Assembly: GCA_910592345.1 (NCBI GenBank)
Contig: CAJVPI010000096.1
Coordinates: 1 to 55,111 of the forward strand
From: Paraglomus brasilianum
Taxonomy: Eukaryota
Length of the DNA: 55,111 nucleotides
Direction of reading: 5' to 3'
The translations under genes were made by a program, and so were the position numbers. A model generated the notes under the pieces. It worked only from the letters and a program-made list of their open reading frames with translations. It was not told the origin of the DNA and did no database searches. Positions 1 through 11,930 of the stretch are shown piece by piece; positions within the stretch are counted from its first letter, which is position 1, and every line of letters begins with the position of its first letter.

Positions 1-1405
1 TGGAAAATTTAAGGAGTTATTATTATGTACGTTTAGATGATACAACCGGTAGGATACTTTTGCACGTTACTGTACATGCAGCACAAGCTATAGTTATAAA
101 TAGATAAATTTTGTACGTGGTGTAATATTGTCGCAAGTTCAGGTTTTTCCTTAATCTTGTCTTAAACATATATTGGATTTGGTTAATAAATACTTAAGGG
201 TTAAATTTTCTGATGCTGTGCTAGACAATAAGACTAAAGTGTGCTTGAGTATAGGTAAAAATTTAAAATTAGACACGTTAGTCTTTTTAACTTGCTTTTT
301 ATTGTATTAATTGTCACTCTTTCTATATTTAAAATTTTATTCTTTTCAGATTTGCAGTTAAGCTGGACTGAAACATTAGCCTGGAATATTATTTTATTGA
401 AATCTCAAATCTTCCACAACATACAATCTTTTTTTTTTCTACAAAGCTGAATATGGACACGGACAAGCTCTTAACAAAACCTAGATTTTCCATACAGCTC
501 AACTCTCGGTGTCAAAAATTGCCACTGTAGTAATACATAGTTAGTAAGCATAATATATCAAGTATTTAACAAAAGTGTAGTCTCGTACAATATGTTAAAA
601 CACTGATTTCTTAAAAGAATTCCAACGGAGCAGCAGAAATTCCTACAACTAACCAATCACCATGTTTTATGAATATGGAGCTTAAACAATTGTACAAAGA
701 TCTCGACAAATGTCAATTGTATATACAGATAATATAACGTCGTGTTAGTACTGTAGTAATGGTCATTGTACGGCACCCGAGAATTCTCACTGACAAATTA
801 AATTTCTTTCTCTGTTAGTGCCTGTGATAAGTCTACCAGCTCACTTGCGCTGACGATGGGATTAATTCTGTAGTGTCTTTAATCCCTGGCTTGTCGGTAT
901 ATTAATATGCATGCTTGGTGTTAATAAAACGAAAACATCGGTTTAATAGATTCGTATTGACTACCGAACATAACTGATAAGAATTACATCGACATAGTTA
1001 TACAAGTAGATGTTCTACCAACCATCTATTTATTATTCTAGCGTTTCATGAGCTAAATGGAATCATACCCATTAAATAGATTATGATTATCACATTGGAC
1101 AGAACAAACCATACTGTATGTCGTTGTATCGCTGTGTTGAGAAATTATCGCGTCTGTTTGATATGACTGCTGCGGAGTAAAACAGTTCGTAACTGTCCAT
1201 TTGTTTCTTCTTTTTCAAGTGGATGGCGTATCTGTAATCACGTTCGCTGCTTTCAAAAAATTTTTAAAAAAAAATCGGGTTTGTGGCCCTACTCAGAAGT
1301 AGCGCGATGGATGGCATTTTTTGGGCAATCTGATTTTTTTAAATTGTGTGTTACTGTATGTAGAAATTTTTGAGTTTGTACACGAAAAGTTCTCGATACA
1401 ATTCA

Positions 1406-2553
1406 ATGATGAATCATAGATGTTACTTTCCTTTGCGTACAGCTTCTATTTCGTTTACAAGATTACGACTGACCGGCATATCTGATAAAAATCGTTGGTT
1501 TGCAACAAGTGCACGCGGAGATAACTCGGTCATTACTCTGTTAAAACGTCTGCGCGAGGAGACCCAAGTGTCTATCACAAAAGCAAAAGAAGCTTTACAA
1601 CTTAATGATAACAATTACGATAAAGCGCTAGAATGGTTGTTAGAAGATGCTAAACGTAGTGGCGCAACAAGGGCAGAGAAGGTGAAAGGACGCATCGCAA
1701 AAGAAGGATTGATTGGAATTGCATTAAGAGAAGGAGGAGGGGCCATAGTTGAGGTACTACATATATGTGATCTCAATCTCGTACAAAGTAACGCATTTCA
1801 TAGCGAAAAACCATTGGCTTGTAGGTAAACAGTGAGACTGATTTTGTCTCGAGAAACACAATATTTCAGGATTTAGTTACTCGCATCGCAACAACGGCTC
1901 TATTTCTTTCATCCGACTTGTCACCTCGAGCTGCACGCCCGCGCATTACCGATATTCCTCTCTCTTTCCTCGAATCGAGCCCACTTCTTCCTCACCCATC
2001 AACGACAACGGCTGCTTCAGCGCCATCAATAACAGTAGCAGAATCTATAGTCGATACTATTGGTAATTTAAAAGAAAATATTAATTTGAGAAGAGCAGCC
2101 GTGGTCGACGGTGAAGGAGCTATTGTAGGTGGATACGTTCATGGAGGAGGAGAGTCATGGACAGGAAGGTATGGCGGCCTGGTTGTTTTCGGTGCAGATG
2201 GCGGTGGTCTTGAATCTAAAGCGGGTGAAGATATCAAAAAGCTTGCTCGTGGTTTAGCAAGACAAGTTGTAGGTTTAAATCCGGAATACATTGACGAAGC
2301 GAGTGTTAAGCACATTCCAGATGACGTGGACAAACATGAATATCTTGCAGAGGCTGTATTATTAAATCAGGGTTACTTACTAGGTGGAGGCTCTGTCAGC
2401 CAAATCTTGCAAAAGGCAGGGGAGGGCTTGGGTGGTGTGAAATTCAGTATCTTTGATTTTGTTAGGTGGGAATGTGGTGAGGGAATAGAAAAACCATTGG
2501 AAGATTTTGCAACAGAGGTTATGAAACAGGCAAATCTCCCTCCAAGTCACTAA
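1406..2553 (+). CDS. TSF1: Mitochondrial elongation factor Ts, 358 aa; exons 1406-1753, 1825-2553
   Basis: Arg-rich N-terminal presequence; UBA-like LLKRLREETQVSITKAKEAL; RIAKEGLIG. GT-AG intron 1754-1824 restores the signature AIVE|VNSETDFVSRN. Also has LKENINLRR and FVRWECGEG. Confidence 0.95.
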
Positions 2554-2671
2554 TAGCTGATTTTATTAAATATACCTTTATATCAATAAAATAGAATAAA
2601 TACAAAAAAAAAAGTATTCCTACTTTTTTTAAGTGATGTGTCCGGTAATACTATTATATAACCCCGTACTC

Positions 2672-4770
2672 TTACTTTCTAGGTATTACTAGAGCTTTAG
2701 TCAAAACTCTCTTGTTGTCGTGATGTCCAACCATAGGGAAACTACAAATTTCCACCTCCAACTCTTCTATATGTTCTTCATCCCACGGGCCTGACATTGT
2801 GCTGACCGCAATTTTTTCTCCTGCTTCAAAGAAATTTCTGAACTGTGGAATTGGTTCTTGAGTATAGAGTCTAAAGTACATGTGAACAGCTTTATATACA
2901 AGTGCTGTCGCATCATTACGTAGTTCAGCCTGTTTTTGAGCATCATCAGGAATGGTGCGATAATGTGATAAAGTCTCGACAACTTGATCCGTAAGTGAGA
3001 CGACGAATGGGTGGTCAGGCTTGACAAATGCTCTGCAACCAAGAACAGCATATATCTGTTGTCGTAATTTGGTTGGGGCTATCGCAGTTTGGTGATCTTC
3101 GCCATTTCTAGTTGATGAGAACTCTTGCACTAGTCGAATCAAGTGTCGGGTCGTTGTTAAAAGATTCGTCTCCAGAGCGTTGTTGTCTGTCGGCAGTGTA
3201 ATTGCCATGTGATCATCTTTCGACCTTTCATCTGTCGATTCATCTTTCGACCCTTCATCTGTCGATTCACCTTCTGCCGGGCCCCATCCATCTTTGTCGC
3301 CAAGACCATATTCTTCTATACTATTAAATATAATCTCTAGAACCAATCGTTGAAAAGCGGCTCCAACAACGAGCTTGGGTCTTTTATCTGACATTCTAGT
3401 TCTACATTTGTATTTCTCTAATAATTCATCGCAGGCAGCTTCGTTGAGTTTCACACCGGATCCTTTTGCTTTTGCAAAATCATTAAGAGTGTGTTGGAGG
3501 TCGCTGATCGCCTGAGTGAGTTGAACGGAGTTATTTGAATCTTCGTCACTCCATCTAACATTTGTAGCTATTCCCAGTGCAGATTGGTATGACGAAGCTT
3601 CCTCTTTAAGTCTTTTAATCTCTTTATTCAGGTCACGGACTTCGAGATCTAAGATAAATGGTGTATCAATTAATATTCGTGGCGATTGTAGTTGATATAG
3701 TTAATATGGAGTTGGAGCGCTGCTTCTATCGTAAATTCACTGACTATTCAATTTCATATAATCATCTATTTGCTTACCTGATTCATTAATTCTATTATGT
3801 AATCTCTGCCTCTCCTTCTCAAATTGTTGCTTCAATCGGTCTACATCCTCGTTACTAATGTCGAATCTGTTCTTGTCCAAATCGCTTAGCACCCTTTGAT
3901 GCTTATCCTTCAATTTAGCAATCTTCTCTTTATCCTTTGCTCGTTTTTCTTTCAATGTTTTTACTTTCTTGCTTAAAATTGCGTTTTGTTCTCCGACTGA
4001 ATATCTAAGGAGATCAACATCATCTGTTGAGTCTGCATCGCTGTCATTTTGCTTTCTCTGTGACGTTGGTTCTTTATCAACGGGCGGAGGTAGCGCAATT
4101 GGCGTGACGGAGTTTCGATGATAAATATTTGTGTATTCTAAGATTTAAAAAAAGAATAGATTAGTTAGTAACGGGTTCCTGCTTCAGTGCTCCATAAAGA
4201 CCATAACTACTGGCACTCACTCTAGGGAGAAATCATTTAGGCATACCTGGACGAACATCCTGCTTTGCTGATTGACCGAAAGTTGATAATTATTGTAGTT
4301 ATAATTGTACGTATCACCGCTTCCATAAATCACCGATTTATGAATATTTCAGCAACACTTTCTCTTACCGGTCAATTGGACGCTAAAATGCTTGTTCGTT
4401 TGATCAGGTTGTGACATTGGTGAATAAAAATGTTGCATATGAGGCTGTAAGTGAGAAGGTTGTAAGTGAGGTTGTAAATGAGGTTGTACGTGAGGTTGCA
4501 TGTGAGGTTGAATGTGAGGTTGTATGAGAGGTTGCATTTGATGTTGTCTAGCTTGGCCGTCAATTGATGCGGCTCTCAATCCGTTATCGTCTGCTAATTG
4601 TCTTGCGTCACTCATATCCTGATCTTGTATGAGAGGCTGGTAATTGTTTGTAAGAAGGACAGCCTTGGTTATGACATCAATATTCTGTTTTCTCCATTAG
4701 CAAAATTTAAACTTACAGATAGTGGTCTGGTATTATCAGAGGGAGCCGAGTTCCATGAGGCATTATCCAT
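2672..4770 (-). CDS. Uncharacterised coiled-coil protein of an expanded AM-fungal-type family, about 559 aa; exons 4770-4717, 4636-4369, 4267-4247, 4137-3778, 3648-2672
   Basis: All four GT-AG introns are phase-compatible and join the listed ORFs. Contains KEEASSYQSALGIATNVRWSDEDSNNSVQL...TKLRQQIYAVLGCRAF...RLYTQEP...EICSFPMVG, which I recognise from Glomeromycota hypothetical proteins (recall, not a search). Confidence 0.85.
4430..4545 (-). repeat. 12-bp coding tandem repeat, (Q-P-H-x)n
   Basis: Plus-strand units like tgaggttgtaag / tgaggttgcatg translate on the minus strand as QPLIQPHIQPHMQPHVQPHLQPHLQPSHLQPHMQ. Confidence 0.85.
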
Positions 4771-5378
4771 GACTGCGTATTGTTCCGATTCAAGTGAGGA
4801 TGAAATGGGTATTTTCCAAAATTAGTGATTAATATACGATCACTGTCAATCGATTGAAGGAAGGTCTCACAGATTGTTAACAACACTAACCAATGGGTGA
4901 CATTCTCTGGGTAAGATGTGTTACATACCTCGATAAAACTTTTATCCAGCAGCGAGAAAGCAATACGATCGTTGATCATAGTGGTGATGTGCGAGTCACG
5001 ATTGAGCGATACTCCTTCGCATTATGTAACTAATAGTAATAAGGCATTATTACTCTATCAATCTTATCTAACTAAATTAGTTTACGGATCTTTGTGTTTC
5101 GTGATCACTCGGTAAACGTCGCCCCAAATGGTAATCATTTTATAAAGAATCAATAACGTGACTAGACTTTATAATACCTCGCAGCCAATAGTATTGGCAC
5201 GTTGTAGCATGCGAGGCAGATGTTATACAAAAACGAATGCACGAAGATAGTGTACATGTAAGAAGAAGAACTTGAAAAAATAGGTTTGTTTTATTATTCA
5301 CAGACACGAATGCATTCGATGCTTTAAGTAAAATATTATGTATCGAATGTCTTACCTGGCAGTTCATACACAAATAGT

Positions 5379-5699
5379 TTATTCAATAGATATGCCGATG
5401 TACCAAGCGGTGTAACGGGAATGTCGTTTTACTGTGCTAGTGGAACGATAGAAATGCATATAAGCAACTGCAGATATCATCTTCTTCAGCATATATGCAA
5501 CTCTCAAGTCTTTCGTTCCTCTTTCGATCAATAAATTATATTTACTGGAATAAGCAATTAATTCGTATTCCTTGGCTATCGCCTTGGTAGCGACGTGCAA
5601 ATCGTAGAATCTGCGAAAATCGACAAAATTAAAGGCAGACACTGCAAATCCGCGTATACAAAAGCCATAAGTATATAAAACTAGTTCAATTAAGGTCAT
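5379..5699 (-). pseudogene. Possible collapsed Ser/Thr protein kinase relic
   Basis: VATKAIAK resembles subdomain II, LIERGTKDL the hinge, KKMISAVAYMH subdomain VIa and WYIGI subdomain IX. No HRD or DFG motif. Confidence 0.25.
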
Positions 5700-5862
5700 T
5701 TATAGGTTTAGTGGAGTAGGGATTAATATTTGCCAGCTTTATTTAAAGAACTAAATTTCAAGGATAATTACCAATTGCTCTCCCATAGTCATTGACTCGG
5801 CACACAGAAGTAATTTTTAAACGCCGTTGAATCTCAAATTCAACAAAAGGTAATACTATGTA

Positions 5863-6342
5863 CAGTCAACCCTCTTTATAGTCACACCCTCTATAAGCAC
5901 ACCATGTTTGAGAACCAATTACTATTGAATTAACCCTCTATATAGTCACAACCTCTTCTTTACAGAAACCTGTAGTTTTTGTAAATCTCTCTGTGACATC
6001 AGAATAAGAACTCTCTAACAGACATCACGTAATGAGATCGCCATGAGGATTCTAATTTTAGTGTATCATGAAGATGTGCCCATGAGATTTCGGGGATGCA
6101 TGGAAATTTTACAAAGTTGAACAATCTTAATCTAGCAGAATCTTGTGACAAGATCACCAGGATACTAATACTAATAGAAATTTAGCAATATTTTCTGATT
6201 GTAAATGTCACATGGCTATCAGCACAATGTCCTGCAAATCTCATCGAGACATTTTTAAAAAATGCAAGTTTCTGTAAAGCTTTATAAGCACATTTTCAAC
6301 AAAAGTTGCATTGTTCCCGACAGCGTGACTATGGGTTAACTG
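5863..6342. mobile_element. pogo/Tc1-mariner-type MITE, interrupted by a second MITE
   Basis: TA|CAGTCAACCCTCTTTATAGTCACAC ... GCGTGACTATGGGTTAACTG|TA: imperfect TIR with TA target duplication. Internal CCCTCT(A)TATAGTCAC/AAGCAC subrepeats. Confidence 0.75.
5958..6279. mobile_element. Nested MITE with about 22-bp TIR and 3-bp target duplication (CTT)
   Basis: CTT|CTTTACAGAAACCTGTAGTTTTT ... AAAAATGCAAGTTTCTGTAAAG|CTT. Removing it restores the host subrepeat CCTCTTTATAAGCAC. Confidence 0.75.
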
Positions 6343-7179
6343 TATCTACTAATTCTGGTAATTGATTAACAATTCTTTGTTGTCTGATTTCAAATTAAAG
6401 CCTTTAAAGTTGTAGACTCACACAATAATAAATAAGTTAAATATGCTTATGATCTCACTATCAAAAGCCCATTCTGTCTCTCTTCCTATTCAAACACATA
6501 TAGAAAAGGCATTTCACAAAAGTTAACCAACAAATTCAGCTACCAGCGGGCATCAGTATCAGCTCGCGAGAGTAATTGCAGGTGAATACTCTCCCTTTGC
6601 AACGACTTGCAAGAACGCCATAAATTAGAATGCGTTGTAGAAAACTACCAGGCTGATATTAATGTAACGTTCACCATTTCCTATATTATGCTACTTATCT
6701 CTAATTAAGGCAGTCCAATTTAAAAAAGACTTGTGCGATTTCGGATAGCACCATACAACATTACAATTTCCTGTTTACTTCCGTTTGAGATAGCCGTATT
6801 CGGGTTTAAACTTTATACTAAAACCGATCATGCAAAACTTTCATGCTTGATAATACAGTTAAGTCGTACAACGAACACATGATCAATATCAATTATCGTA
6901 GCACAATACAGATAAATATTGCAGAAACCTTATCAATTTGCCTTAATTTGCCACATGTCATATATCTCTATAGAATACGAAGATAGCTATGTTGATAACT
7001 GAACGTTTCCACCTGTGAAAATAGAGTGTCAACAATTGCTACAGCTTGACATTTTGATGGCTAATTGTTGCTTGCTGTATAGTAACTATGGTATACCATT
7101 GAAGGGTTTATACTAACACACAAATATAAAGACCAACTCGAGTGAAAGATGCGAGTTGTGCTGCATAACCATGCATACT

Positions 7180-7230
7180 GTCGTACATCGTATCGTATCG
7201 GGGGCTCGTATCATATCGTATCGTATCATG
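7180..7230. repeat. Imperfect (TCGTA)n microsatellite
   Basis: tcgtacatcgtatcgtatcg...ctcgtatcatatcgtatcgtatc. Confidence 0.7.
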
Positions 7231-7403
7231 CATATCGGTAGGTTTCGTTCAACAACCTTTTTTGTCATTCATTGTGTTATGCATTTTACATCTTACTATT
7301 ATCGTTATCAGTTGTTTACTGTTTGTTGATTATCTGCGCACTGCATGTTAATGTGTAGATCATTATTATTTGATCGACATAATAAAAATGTGCGCCCGCA
7401 AAA

Positions 7404-8973
7404 ATGATGTTAAATACTGGGATCAAGCACATGTCAAAGTCAAAAAGCACTCGACAGAATATGCGGGAAACATCACCAAACAGAATAATATTGAACGTAG
7501 GCGGTAAGAAGGTAAATATTGATTAGTGCAAGCTTATCTCCTGTTAACGCTACAAGTCGATCGCTATCATTAGTCAGCAGTCATAACCATATCCATTTCG
7601 AATTTTTACACCTTAATCGCTTTTCTGTTTTCTCCTCTTCGTTAATTCTTCATAACAATACCACTCCCCACTCTGCACTCAGTTTGAAACATACAGATCA
7701 ACATTGACCGCACATCCTACAACGCTTCTAGGGATACAGTTTAGGGATACTCCAACGTTCGAACAAGTAGACAGTAATGAATATTTCATCGACCGCAATT
7801 CTCGTGCGTTTCATTATATCATTGAATATTATCGCACTGGAAAGATGTTCTGGCGCACTGGTTGCTGTGGAGTAACAAAAGAAGAGATGATCGAAGAGTT
7901 GTCTTACTTCCAGCTATCCATTGACATTTTAGATAATGAGAGCAAGATAAATCCTAAATCCACAAATTCACCTATAAAACACATGTCCAACCGTTTACCA
8001 TCCCGTTCACCTTCAAACTCGCCTGCAAATTTATCAAATGATCCATTTACTCCACCTCACACACCGAAGCATGGCAAAATACAATTGGTAGGAGCAGGGC
8101 CAGGTGATCCTGAACTTCTGACTAGATCAGCATATCGGGCAATTAAAGAAGCGGACATTATCCTATCTGACAGATTGGTACCTGCTGAAGTGTTGGAACT
8201 GATTCCTGCCCACATCGAAGTGATGATTGCCAATAAAACTTGTGGAAACGCTGAACCGGCACAGGAGGAATTGTATAAGCTATCTATGCAGGCTTTGGAG
8301 GAAGGGAAGAACGTTGTTAGGCTTAAGCAAGGCGGTAAGTAATGGAGGCAAATGGGTGAGATCGGCGTATTAAATGGAGGAACGTGTGTATGTTACAGCT
8401 GTCTGTTGCAGCTTTTTGTTACTCACTTTATCCACCATCTTTCGAATTCGTGTCTACTTTATCTTAGATCCATACCTCTTTGGAAGAGGCGGAGAAGAAT
8501 ATAGATTTTTCCAGTCTAAAGGCTATGATCCAATTGTAATTCCGGGAGTATCGTCCTGCATGGCTGCTCCGCTATTAGCTAAAATTCCGGCTACATTCCG
8601 TGGCATTTCCTCCCAATTCCTTGTCTGTACTGGTACTGGTCGTCGTAACACCCTTCCCGACATTCCCAAATTTCATCCTAATCGTACTTCTGTGTTTTTG
8701 ATGGCTATTCATCGAATGCGTCAGTTGAGTCAGGATCTCATCGATATCGGGGAATATCCTCCGGATACACCGTGTGCTATGGTAGAAAGAGCGAGTTGTA
8801 AGGATCAGAGAGTGATTAAGGGAACTGTTGGGAACATTGCCGAAGTAATGGAAAGAGTGGGATGTGCTCCGCCTGGGACCCTCGTTGTTGGAAAAGTGTG
8901 TGATGTATTGTACGAAGATGGGAGAAAATATGATGGAGTTGTGTTTGCTGAGGATGTATTGAAAGCAGAGTGA
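7404..8973 (+). CDS. MET1: Fusion of a KCTD/T1-type BTB domain and uroporphyrinogen-III C-methyltransferase (Met1/SUMT), about 421 aa; exons 7404 (or 7431)-7511, 7683-8334, 8468-8973
   Basis: Intron 7512-7682 joins RIILNVGGKK|FETYRSTLTAHPTTLLG...EYFIDRNSRAFHYIIEYYRTG (BTB_2 pattern). The same exon continues to GKIQLVGAGPGDPELLT. Intron 8335-8467 restores VVRLKQG|DPYLFGRGGEE, followed by VIPGVSS (TP_methylase motifs). Confidence 0.92.
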
Positions 8974-9287
8974 GAATGATGAGTTGAAGTATTTTAATGC
9001 GCAATGTTTCAATATAATGTTTAGGGTGGTAAGATGTAGAATAGAATAGAAGCGTGTTAATATTTGTAATTAGTATTTAAAAAAAAGCATAAAGCATTGT
9101 TTGTCAATGACGTCATCAATAAATATGTTTCGTTAATTGAACCCCTAATTCCCAGCATTTTCGCTCTTGCTTTTCTGTTAACTTATTATGCTCAAGCGTA
9201 AATCAAAATCTGTTAGTCTTCGACTTACCTACTATATACATTGATACATCCACGCCCTCAGAATCACTTAATGCACAAACGCACTCA

Positions 9288-11004
9288 ATGGGTGATAACT
9301 ACACACTCGCCGATATATTTGGAAATTCCGAAGAATGGAGGTCTCTACTAGTCAAAGATATTCAAGCAATATATAGCCAGACAGCATGTATATGCTATAA
9401 CCAGCCAGATACAAGCAAATTGGTGAAAGATGTTAAAAGGATGTATGATGAAAAAGAGGGCTGTGATGTTAACATAATTGTCGGAAAAGACCCAAATACC
9501 AAGGCCTTTCTCGCTCATTCGTTCATACTCAAAGGTCGCTCCGAGTATTTTCGTACTGCACTCTCGGCCATTTGGGTCAAAAAAGACAATGGGATGATAG
9601 TGTTTAGCAAGCCTAATATTAGTTCTCAAATATTTGAGTTAATTCTCAGGTATGCTAACAAACGCCAGTTAATTTACTGTACTGTTTTCGTCACTGCTCT
9701 TTGTTTTCTGTGTTCATAATTTTTTTTAACACCCACATTGCAGATACCTTTACACTGCTGAAATATTTAAATCAAGCCTAGACCTGCCTGTGGCGTTCGA
9801 TCTTATGACAGCAGCCGATGAACTCGGACTTACTCTACTAGTTGACACTCTCCAGAAAAGGGTACTTGACAAAGCTACACTATGGTATAAACGATATTTT
9901 TTCACTGTACTCCAGGCAAGCTCGTCCAGTCCGCATCTTGCGTCACTGTATCAATATTGTTCAAGTAAACTCTTAGCTTGTAGAAATGTATTAATAAAGT
10001 CAGATGACATTGATGCATTAACTGCCGATACAATGTTGGACATTCTGCAAAAAGACGGCTTGGACGTTGATGAGCTTAATCTATGGGAAGCAGTTATGAC
10101 ATGGGCTCATAAAAAGAATCCTAATATATCAACAGAGCCTAGCGATTGGTCAGACGAGGATGTCGATTGTATGAAGAATCTACTCCACGACATCATTAGT
10201 CACATTCATTTTGTAGATTTGACAATGACGGAATATAATGGGATTGTTGAGAAATATAAAAAAATCTTCCCTCAAGGCATGGTTGATGCGTTGAAAGAAT
10301 ATCATGAATCCCCGTCTAAAACAATCCACCAAGATTCACTTCATCCATATGCACACTGTCTATCTCCAAGGCGTTATGTACGTTCATTGATACTTACCAG
10401 AAGACAAGGTCATTGTTTATTGACCGGTATCAGAGAATTTCGTCAAGATTCCCGACCCAACTACGTTCCCTGCCTTCTGATATTGCAAGAAAGGGGAAGC
10501 AATTTTGGGTTCACTACTCATGATATCCAGGCCATTATAAATAGGTCAGGTCAAAAAGTACTTGTAATGAAGGTGAAGGACAGCGATGAGATAATTGGCT
10601 GTTATACATCAGAACGTAACAAACTTGCTCAAGACAAACCTATTTATCCCAACCATCCCAATTGTGTGTTCTTTTTTTCATTCAAGGGGAATACACCAGA
10701 TTCGTTTATATGTAGCCCATGTTCTAATAGTGAAGAAGAGCCTATTGATATGAGTAATAAGGTAATGACATTCGGACAGGGACCTGATTTGAGGTTAGGA
10801 ATAGATAACAAGAATCCCGATGAAAGTGAGGGATGTGAGTACAGGATGGTCTCGCATTCGAAAGCAATTAGGGAATTAGGGAAGTTTAGTATTGAAGATT
10901 ACGAAGTGTTCACGGTCATACGGCGACCACCGGTTAACGCGAAGGTTATCGCACTTTACAAAATTGTGGACACGGCCAATCAGAATGCATATAATAAAAA
11001 ATAG
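9288..11004 (+). CDS. BTB/POZ-BACK-TLDc domain protein, 540 aa; exons 9288-9649, 9744-11004
   Basis: CDVNIIVGKDPNTKAFLAHSFILKGRSEYF...KPNISSQIFELIL|RYLYT (BTB); LDVDELNLWEAVMTWA (BACK); RGSNFGF...KVKDSDEIIGCY...FGQGPDL...FSIEDYEVF (TLDc). Intron 9650-9743. Confidence 0.92.
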
Positions 11005-11560
11005 TATCTATCATGTTCTGCAAATATTTCTCGAACCCAGGAAATATAGTACATATGTACAGCTTTATGTTATGCTTGTTTATTATGTGAGACAGATAAT
11101 AAATTTGAGAGTAATTGTAAAAGAGAGAAAGTTACGAATAACACCCTTCGCGCTCTCATCAAGGAATATGAGTTGCTCGGGTGAATATGATTCTCCAATT
11201 TAGTGATAAAAGAACTACGAAGCAATTCATTACTTTCCATAGCGGCTACAAGAAAGTTTTATTAGTGAGATTTTCTATTTCTTACTTAGTTGTAACATAC
11301 AAACCTTTTTTCGAGTGATGCCATATCGTTACGATCAAGAATCTTTCTACGTCCACGCATCCCCTTGAAGGGATTCCCCAACATTTAAACTGTGGCCTGA
11401 CTAACATACAATTAACGGCAAATCCGTTTACGAGAAAAGCCATCAGAATGAAGATAAACTATCCTTCAACGTAAATCTTCACTAATATCCTTGACCATGT
11501 TGTACCCAATAAAATTGCCAATATTGCTATACAACAGCTAAATGACAGCGTTCGCCTGTA

Positions 11561-11635
11561 AACGTCCAGCAACGCCCAACAATTGTCAGTGATCGCCAGT
11601 AATCTCCAACAATTGTCAGTAATCGCCAGTAATCG
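11561..11635. repeat. Short tandem repeat of 10-bp subunits (30-bp higher order)
   Basis: ccaacaattgtcagtgatcgccagtaat followed by ccaacaattgtcagtaatcgccagtaat. Confidence 0.7.
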
Positions 11636-11856
11636 AAAATCTCTTCTCTATAAAAGCTAGCACTAGAACTGCTCGTACTTACCAAAAGAGTAACCGAAAC
11701 TGTACAGGAAGCTGTAAATTGTTGAGTGCCGGCGAATGAGTTTTCGAAAATTTTCGCAGTCAAGTGACTGTGTGTACAAAATTTCAGAATTTTGAAAAGT
11801 GCGATAAAACATTCGATGAGGGTTAACTGTTGACGAGAAAAAGTTTAATAAAATAA

Positions 11857-11930
11857 CGCTCCCACCTGGATTCGAACCAGGAACCTTTTGGTTAACAGCC
11901 AAACGCGCTAACCAGTTGCGCCATGGAAGC
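11857..11930 (-). tRNA. tRNA-Asn (GTT), intronless
   Basis: Minus strand GCTTCCATGGCGCAACTGGTTAGCGCGTTTGGCTGTTAACCAAAAGGTTCCTGGTTCGAATCCAGGTGGGAGCG: acceptor stem pairs, anticodon loop CT-GTT-AA, T-loop GTTCGAATC, T-run downstream. Confidence 0.97.

Noticed and set aside
4218..4226. Apparent 1-nt exon (minus strand TAG-A-GTGAGT) inside an intron
   Set aside because: The upstream intron would be only about 25 nt and the frame would break; the simple 4246-4138 intron works.
7704..8973. ORFs 7704-8342 and 8374-8973 as two genes
   Set aside because: Intron 8335-8467 joins them and restores the KQGDPYLFGRGGEE motif.
11561..11635. Repeat near the tRNA as a CRISPR or attachment site
   Set aside because: Simple degenerate 10-mer tandem with no spacers and no tRNA 3'-end duplication.
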